64,000 bases of DNA, from assembly GCA_000004985.1 (NCBI GenBank), contig GG738878.1; one strand, 5' to 3'. The notes beneath the pieces are model-generated. The model did not search any database, had not been told where the DNA came from, and saw nothing but the letters and a program-made list of their open reading frames with translations. This DNA is from Naegleria gruberi (taxonomy: Eukaryota). Shown here in pieces: positions 56,451 to 64,000 of this stretch (positions are counted from its first letter, which is position 1; every line of letters starts with the position of its first letter). The position numbers and the translations under genes were made by a program.

Positions 56451-58070
56451 TTTTGTTTTTCGAGTGAGGATGAGGGAGAATTATTTTGGGTGGATGGAGT
56501 ATTGTTTGAAATGTTGGCAGACACTACAAAATCTTTCATTTTTGATGCCACATGTCTGAAAAAACTATGGAAGGCAAGGAAATTACCCTTACCTCTTCTA
56601 AATTCAATAAGTATTACGGTATCTGAAACAGTTCTGAGAATGGCTACATTAAGAGTAATGACCGAATCAGCCAAGTTCACATAGCACTTGATCAAATTGG
56701 TTCCTTTAAATTTTGGATTGGCTCTTTCTTCCCTTAATATTTGAAAAACTCTTTCCGAAATATCGTCAGCTTTTCCAATAGCAACTAATCTGGTTTGTCT
56801 TCGAATTAATAAATTATCTTGTCCTGTTGCCATTTTTGAAATTGATCCCATCACAAACTGAGATGCTATATCAAAAGCATTCATTCTAACCTCTGTTGGT
56901 TGATTCGTATTACTATTACTCCCCTGAGGAGGAGGTTGATCTATTTCCTTATAAAAACTATCCTTTACAGCTTCCTTCAAATCATTGTTGGAAATTTCAA
57001 TTTTGGGTGATTGAAGAACAACTCCAAAATCTTCCCTATATCCTATTTGGAACCATTTAGAGGCCTTTATATTTGGTATGGAATATCTCTTTTTTGGATT
57101 AACTTGCAACATTTTCGATATTAAATCCTTAGCTTCTTTTGACAGATGTGATGGGAATTCAACTTTTCCACTTTCTATTTTTTTAAATAAATTGTTAATG
57201 TTTCTATCATCGAATGGAAGTTCTACAAAATATTGAGTTAATAATCGCATCTTTTTCAAAATAATACATACTTCCTGTTAGCATTACATAGAGAATAACT
57301 CCCATCGACCAAATATCTGCTAAAAATCCATCATATCCTTTTTCCTTAATAACCTCTAAAAGAATATATATTCATGCACATGATGTAATTATTGTTGTTG
57401 TTTCATGAAGTTTGAATGTTGTTGTTATTGAATGGAAAATTGCATTTGAGATTGTGAGCCTCACTTTAGAACCATCAACAACTTACCTGGTGAGACATAG
57501 TTCGGAGTACCACATGTTGTTTTCAAGAGCTGTGACTTTCCCAGCTTGTTAGGCACAATACTACTCAAACCAAAGTCCTATTATTGTTGTTTAATTACAA
57601 TCCATCATTCTCTATCAATTACATACCGTTATTTTCAGTTTATCAAAAGAGTCTAAAAGTAAATTCTCTGGTTTCAAATCTCTGTGAGCGATACCCTGAT
57701 TGTGGCAATATTCGATTGCTGATACTAATTGATGAAAGTATCGTCTTGCAGTAATTTCATCAAACTTTTCAGCAGCCACAATTCTATCAAATAATTCTCC
57801 TCCTGTTACTAGTTCCATTATTACATAAATATTATTTTCAGTTTGTAGTACTTCTTTTAGATTTACAATATTAGGATGCTTCATAATCTTCATGATGGCA
57901 ATTTCTCTTTTTAATTGTGTTTCCATCTGTTCCTTCTTAATATAATTTAAATTCATAATCTTGATCGCATACGTCTCTCCAGTTTCCAAATCCCTCCCAA
58001 ATTTTACTTTTGAATATTTACCCTGGCCGAGCGTCCTCATAATTTCATAATTCGCAACAATCTTGACCAT
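56447..58070 (-). CDS. CIPK-like Ser/Thr protein kinase: SnRK/AMPK-related kinase domain, NAF/FISL-like motif and C-terminal regulatory region. Exons are complement(join(56447..57222,57271..57355,57487..57577,57627..58070)). There is a 1-nt frame problem in a G4 run at 57300-57304.
   Basis: Exon 1 has [11 protein letters not shown]...YAIKIM...[12 protein letters not shown]. Exon 2 has DFGLSS...[11 protein letters not shown]. Exon 3 should read [28 protein letters not shown], but the sequence has GGGG where GGG is needed. Exon 4 has LPFDDRN...[14 protein letters not shown] and then [16 protein letters not shown], the NAF-like motif. Introns are 49, 131 and 48 nt with GTATGT or GTAAGT donors. 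Confidence 0.75.
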
Positions 58071-59055
58071 TTTTTTTTATTAAGGTTTTTACAGTTTCCA
58101 GAATGATGATGTCGATTGAAGGAGAGACCAATCACCACTTCCAAACCAATCCGCAACAAGACCTCAATTTTTAAACAGCAACAACAGTAGCAGTGGCAGC
58201 AACATTAGCACTCAACATCAACTCGTGTTATTTGGAGTCAATTACCAGCCACATCTACAGTTGGTTCCAGCAGAACATTTGTTGGCGGTTGTTCTTCTTC
58301 TGAGGTATGAACACAAGTTCAAGGCGAACGAATACGGGCGGCCTAGGACAGAACGTGATGTTGATGCTACTGGTGTTTCGACTCAGGGGCCACAAGTTCA
58401 TCGGCTTTGACAATGCATCACGGCAATACATGATGATATAAAAGAGGAAATGAAAAAGTTTATTGAAATATTAAATATTTAATTGGATAGTGAGTGTTGT
58501 TTGGTTTTGAGGCAAATCAAGTTAACTGATGACCTTTAATAACTGTTATTGAGGCAAGAATTTCCTTATTTAAAGGAAGACGAATAAGGTTATTAAAAAA
58601 TAATTATTTTATGTTTTGTAAATTGAGATTTAGAATCCATCCCTATGAAATGATTTGAAATATTAAATTATGAAAATTATTGAAATCAAAGAATTATCTA
58701 AATAAGTAGTGTTACTATACTAATTTGATGATTATTGAATAAAAATGGATTTGTCGAGTCTCTTCTTAGTAAATGTTTACGGCTTACATTTAAGGTCTTT
58801 AAAATACTAACCATGGCATTCGCAGTACATTTACCAAAGCAAAAAGGAAATTGTAAAGATTACTTAACTTCAAAACATGTTGCAATTCGTTGCAAAGGAC
58901 GTATTATTCTCAATGGATGATAATTCTTCGAGTGACTGTCCATCTCAAAAAGCACAGTTTAATTGCTGTATGAAAAAGATAAACGTTACATTCAGAGATA
59001 ATTGTAATCCAAATGTCATTTCCTTCCTTGAACAGAAAAAAAATATCAACGTGAA

Positions 59056-59128
59056 GCTGGCGTAGCTCAGTCGGTAGAGCGTTGGTCTAATAAGCCATTG
59101 GTCGCCGGTTCGATCCCGTCCGTCAGCA
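59056..59128 (+). tRNA. tRNA-Ile(AAT). The anticodon stem and T-stem each carry one non-Watson-Crick pair.
   Basis: Reads GCTGGCG TA GCTC AGTCGGTA GAGC G TTGGT CTAATAA GCCAT TGGTC GCCGG TTCGATC CCGTC CGTCAGC A. The D-arm and T-loop are classic and the anticodon loop is CTAATAA. Mismatches are at 27-43 and 50-64. It could be a slightly degenerate copy. Confidence 0.6.
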
Positions 59129-59295
59129 AACATTTTATGAATTAAAACAATAATGTTTACCCTTTTAATTAAAATAAAAATTATATTCTATTTTTTGTTA
59201 AAATCTATTTCCATATTTTTTTGTCATTTAAAATAGAGAACAACTTTCCATGTTACCAATCACCAAACATCAAACATATTACAAATCAAAAAAAA

Positions 59296-59852
59296 ATGTC
59301 TCTCTCACAATACGATACCCGTGAACAAGCTGAAAAAGAAGGAGCGGTCGTTGCAAAGATTATCTTTGATAATGTTACTCTCGAGCAAGTAATACAAATC
59401 ATTTCCGATTATAAAAGTTATACCGAATTTGTTGAAGGAACAAACAAGGTTGAATATAAGGATACTGTTGAAGGTACTGATGGAAAGTGTTTGGATGTTT
59501 GGTGGAATGTCACTGTTGGTGGATTGAAAACTGTGGAATATACTTTGAGATTGTGTGTTTTTGAAGGTATGAAAATATTATAATAATTATTAGAATGTAA
59601 CCTAAATTATCATGATTTTTAATAGATGGATTATCTTGGCAAGAGACTGATCATGGTCCATTTAAGAAGAATCGTGGTGGATGGAAATTGAAACCAACCA
59701 CAGATGGAAAGGGAGTCGAAGCCACCTATATTGCTCTCATTGATTTCAATGTTTGGTGTCCTGGTTTCATCAAGGATTTCCTTGTTGGAAAGGGATTGAC
59801 AAAGACATTGGAAGCATTCAAGAAGAGACTTGCTGAAAAATTCAAAAATTAA
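59296..59852 (+). CDS. SRPBCC (Bet v 1 / START / polyketide-cyclase-like) fold protein, about 165 aa. Exons are join(59296..59566,59626..59852).
   Basis: ATG at 59296 after a run of A (MSLSQYDTREQAEKEG...). A 59-nt intron (GTATGA...TTAATAG) joins ...LRLCVFE-D-GLSWQETDHGPFKKNRGGWKLKPT...ALIDFNVWCPGFIKDFL. Confidence 0.55.
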
Positions 59853-60042
59853 TTCATAGAGTGGATTACAATAAATTCATCAGCAGATGAATTTAGAGTT
59901 TTATTTAAGTGGATTTTCTTAAGGGTAATGTTCAGAATTGACTGCGATTGGCGCTATTGGCGCAGTTGAGTAAAGTGGACATTTTCACAAACTCTTTGAA
60001 AGAGTTTCGAACAAAGAGTATTGAAATTGGAACTGAAAAAAA

Positions 60043-60871
60043 ATGATTCAAGGACATTATGGACCTGCAGGTTTATTACACTTCTTCTTTAGAGATATCT
60101 CCTTCACATGGCTAATGATTTCCACTCAGATCATTGACATGGTCTTTTTTGCTTTCGTATTGTGTTGTAAATTCGTTTGTAAAATGGAGATTCACTCATG
60201 TCCACAACCATTAGCTTGTTTGGAGTACAGTTCCTATAATGTTTCACTCATGAGAGAGAATCAAGCTGTTCCATTCAATGCTCAGAATGATATTTCACAT
60301 AGTTTGAGTGGAACTTTGATTTGGACTTTGGTTTTTACTGGAATTTATGTTTTGGTCAATTGGAGAAATAATTCTAGATCATTTGCTTCATTGTATGGTA
60401 TTTTCTTTTTGAGTATTTCGTCTCATTGGTTGTTGGATGTTGTGGTGAGAAGGTAAGAAATAGTTTTTATGAATTCTTATTCGAAATGTTATTAGAAATG
60501 ATGTTGCTGTTTTTCCACCATTCACATCGAACAAGATTGGACTTGGTACTTGGCAACACTTGTCAAAATTGAGTAATTATCTCATTGAAGTTGGAAGTGC
60601 CGTATTAGGATGGTTGTTTTTCTTCTTGGTAAGGAAATCATCCAAGTTGACAAAAGGTTTTTGGATTTCTTCACTTCTTTACTTTCTAATGACATTTGGA
60701 CTAATGTATGGAGTTTATTTTGCTGTGGATTATTCTAAAATTGCTGATTCTGTTCAAGATGGTTCTCCAACTTCACCTGATCAAATTCCATTCACCTATT
60801 TCACTTATGTACTTGTTGGAATACTTTCGTATTTCATGGAGAGAAAGGTCAGAGAAATTAAGACTGAATAA
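60043..60871 (+). CDS. Multi-pass membrane protein. Hypothetical, possibly DUF457-like His/Asp membrane hydrolase. Exons are join(60043..60452,60496..60871).
   Basis: ATG at 60043 after an A-rich leader. A 43-nt intron (GTAAGA...TATTAG) joins ...HWLLDVVVR-R-NDVAVFPPFTSNKIGLGTWQH... in frame. Several transmembrane helices. Confidence 0.5.
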
Positions 60872-61156
60872 TTATACCAACTTTCAACCCTCCCTATTAA
60901 ATTTCAATAATAAACAGATCAACTGAAATTGTATTCTTCCAATTACCACAGTTTTAATTTTTCTCGAAACTTGTTTTGTAAAAAAGGCAATTTGTCAAAA
61001 TTTGGGGAGTTGTGTGAAATATTACAATAATCAAAATATCTCACACTGCGCAATCCAACAGTCGAACGCTTGCACTATCCACATTGTGCGATTTCACCCG
61101 CACCTTATTTATCCAAAGATTACGCGCGTATCTTTGATAGTATCTCAATTTAAAAA

Positions 61157-64000
61157 ATGAAGACTTTTATTGCTACTGTCTTGTGGTTATCACTCATTTC
61201 CACCTTCCTTAGTTTAGTCCTAATTGTTACTGTTGTGAAGGGATTGAAAGTCGAACAAGAAACCTTTCGTTTACAACATTTTTCAAAGGATTACTCTGTT
61301 GATTCAATTATTCAACCAGTTTATCAAACATCAATGAAGTATTTACATGGCTCTGTTCTTTCTCTACTCTTCAATTCAGCTGCATGTCAATGGAATGGAT
61401 CCTATAGTTTAACATTATTAAATAATGATTATTTCCCAACCAATAGACCATACAATGATGTTATCACACGTTTGGAATCTGATTTAATTTACCTTGATTT
61501 GTCTAAATTAACATGTGTTAACAATTTAGAGCAAAAATATGCAATCATTACAATCAAGTTGAAGAGACGTGATATTGTGAATATTGATCCTTACAATTTG
61601 AGTGTGTTTAGTTTCGTTTTGAAGGATAGGTCACTGGTTTATGAGAATGTATCATTTTCAAATGGGGGAGTGAATGATTTGGAGAATGAATTCTCTTTTT
61701 CTTTGAAACAAGTATTTGAAAGTGGAAGAAACTATTTTGGTTTCCAATACTGGGTTGATTCTGATTACCATTCTCAAACTGGTATTCAAATTCGCTACCC
61801 AAAGGACATTACACTTTTAAATTCACATTTTATATCATCAATGGAGTTAAAATTTTCATACAATAGAGCTCCAATCATTAATCCAAATTTGGTCAACTCA
61901 ATTCCAGTAATTTCAGTATATAACGAATTTTATCAAGTGGAAGACAAATCAATTCCAAAACCATTCGATTATATTCTTTCAAAATCCAGAACTAGTTTAC
62001 AAAATAGAGGATTGAAACCTCTCATAGAGGAGAAATCAATGAGATTTCACTATGATGAGAGAAATGGGTTTAGAGATTCGAGTAATAATGTTTATTTCAT
62101 TGATCCATTCTCATTGGTTTGTGCCTTTTCATTTGGAGGGGATGATTATTTGAAGATTGATGAACAATCGAGAGTAATTGAAACTAAACATTCGAATTAT
62201 TTATTAGAATGTTCATCTAGTGAAATAACTGAAGATTATTCATGGACAATTTTGGCAAAGAAGAGTGATAAAAGACAGAAAGTGAATTGTTACTATGGAA
62301 AACCATGCCCATTATCCACTGATTCAATCTCTTCATTGACTTTATTTGCAGAAAACGATTTCGAAACTCTTAATATTTGGCCAGAACTTTCCTCAAACAT
62401 TTCTGGAAATTTGCTTTTGAAAAATCTTGAGAATTCTGAGGAATTGACGACTTATTCGCCGCCAAATACTTATCAGAAGCCACTCACATTGATTAATTGT
62501 TTTCAAGTTGATTTTTCACAATTGGTAATTTCCAAAAAAGGGCAAATCAACTTTGAGTTTAAAAAATCAACACAACCAAACGAAGATCCATTTTCAACAA
62601 GAATTTCAATTCTGGACAAACAAACCAGTTCCTTCTTTCTCTATCAAAAAGATTCTCCTACCAATTCAGATCTCAAATGGTCAATCAATCCATTGAATGA
62701 AAATGTTACATTTGGATTATGGAGCTATTCTCAATCTGAAGCAAAATTAGGTGATTTAGTGTTTGTCAATTATCCAAGAAATGTCAATTATCAATTGACA
62801 GATTCTCTCAGTATGAATGTTTACTTTAGTGGAGTTTCCATCTCAACTCCTAATTCATATCATAGACCCCACTTTACAATCAATCAATTCACACCAAATA
62901 TTTCATTACTGAATTATGTTATTCTTCAAAGTTTCCAAATGAATTATGGCGAAGGTTTGAATCATCTCGAATTTGATGAAGGAAGAATTTTCAATTTTTT
63001 TCCCACCACAACTCTGGTTGACCTTAATGGTAATAAGGCACAAGTTAAATTAACTGACCTGTCATGTGTCTATGTTTTGAAAAGTGAGAATTCTCAATAT
63101 TCGATTATTGAATTGAGTGATTTATATCCGAAATTCAGTAATGATGATGGAAGCTATCAATTGGATTGTTCAGAGGATGTTAGAGATGATGAATTTGTTT
63201 TCATGCTTGTTGGAAAACAATTTGAAAGAAAGTTTGTTTCTGGTGTTTATGGAATTCCAATAGAAGTGGATTCTGCACAGATTGTTTTATTCGAAACTAG
63301 GTGGTCTCCTTTGGATAAGTTTACAATTTCGGTTGATGTGAATACTGTTCTGAGAGGTGAATACATATTTATGGAAAAGCAAATTGAAGATTTTAAAGAT
63401 TATCCACTTTCAAATACGAATCAAAAGCCGTTGAATATTCTTGGAATCTTTGAACTTGATTATTCGAAAGTGACTTCTTCACTTGACATTGTTTCAGAAA
63501 ATTTGAATGGTTTATTTATTGAATTCCAAAAGAAAAGCTCCTTAACCAACACAGATCCTTCCTCTTTCAGATTTTTCAAACTCAATTCTTTCACAAAAGA
63601 CATTTGACTTGATGTTCAATGATCAACCATTCACAGGTCCTTGGGAGTTGATTGTTAGTGGAACAGGAAATGAGAAATCAATGATATTCGCTATTGCTGC
63701 ATTCCAAGACATTTCAGCATTGTTTAATCATGAATATCCACTTTCATATTCAAGACAATTACAATTCACAGTTGACCAAAGTGAATTAATGTATTCTTTT
63801 CAATTATCATCTTCCTTATCAACTTTATATCCTACTTTCCAATTGGATCTTAATACAACTCATTCCAATCAAACTATTATTGATCCAATTACAAAGATTG
63901 AATATGTCAAAATTCATTCATTTTCCATTCAGCAAGATATTCTAAACTATAATGTAAAATCGACCAGAAAGTTCACCTTCTCCTCAATTGGTTCCTCTCT
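61157..64000 (+). CDS. Large secreted or type-I membrane protein with an internally duplicated module of about 55 aa. It is partial and runs off the window. There is an apparent 1-nt frameshift at an A4 run near 63593-63596.
   Basis: Signal/TM start MKTFIATVLWLSLISTFLSLVLIVTV. Two modules repeat: YQKPLTLINCFQVDFSQLVISKKGQINFEFKKSTQPNEDPFSTRISILDK and NQKPLNILGIFELDYSKVTSSLDIVSENLNGLFIEFQKKSSLTNTDPSSFRFFKLN. After the TGA at 63605-63607 the +1 frame stays open to the window end. Deleting one A from ACAAAAGAC joins ...SFTKTFDLMFNDQPFTGPW.... Confidence 0.55.

Noticed and set aside
1-64000. Searched for prokaryotic-style features: CRISPR repeats, toxin-antitoxin pairs, restriction-modification, integrases, IS elements, phage blocks, operon-like same-strand gene packing.
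   Set aside because: None present. The gene structure (GT-AG introns, an intron-containing tRNA, eukaryote-only families such as TBCD, prefoldin, BET, ENTH and calpain) shows this is eukaryotic nuclear DNA. A defence-island interpretation is not supportable.

Overview
This 64 kb window is nuclear DNA from an AT-rich (about 65-70% AT) eukaryote that has spliceosomal introns. It is not a prokaryotic segment. No CRISPR array, phage, integron or mobile element was found, and no defence-island-like system is visible.

I count about 38 protein-coding genes and 2 tRNA genes. Many genes are interrupted by short introns with GTAAGT/GTATGT donors and AG acceptors, usually 43-66 nt, occasionally 130-300 nt. 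Several introns end in an A-rich ...aaaaaag acceptor. The ORF-track M at many ORF starts is really TTG or GTG and is not a true start.

Genes recognised from their sequence include ribosomal protein uL4 (RPL4), tubulin-folding cofactor D (four exons), prefoldin subunit 3, a BET-family double-domain bromodomain protein, two calpain-like cysteine proteases, a 1408-aa two-transmembrane sensor-type class III adenylate/guanylate cyclase, an RPE65/carotenoid-cleavage oxygenase, an SLC38-type amino-acid transporter, Mgm101, an ENTH/epsin-like protein, a CIPK-like (NAF-motif) Ser/Thr kinase, a BTB+TLDc protein, F-box/LRR proteins, a DUF4116-repeat protein, an SRPBCC-fold protein, tRNA-Leu(AAG) with an 11-nt intron, and tRNA-Ile(AAT).

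The organism cannot be named from sequence alone. Mgm101, a CIPK-like kinase, N/Q-rich low-complexity proteins and yeast-like codon bias in RPL4 point to an amoeboid protist or early-diverging fungus-like lineage, not an animal or plant.

Main second-look items:
- A bacterial-type YdhR-like gene embedded among eukaryotic genes, a candidate for ancient horizontal transfer.
- A run of single-base frameshifts in A, G or C homopolymers or simple repeats in at least six otherwise conserved genes: calpain 2, prefoldin 3 (two compensating shifts 60 nt apart), the kinase-like gene, the LRR gene, the CIPK-like kinase, and the large secreted-protein gene. This looks like assembly homopolymer error and needs read-level checking. 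The alternative is multiple pseudogenes.
- Two calpain paralogs in the same orientation flanking a four-gene block.
- An intronless 4.2 kb sensor cyclase gene.

Exon boundaries were derived by hand and are approximate.
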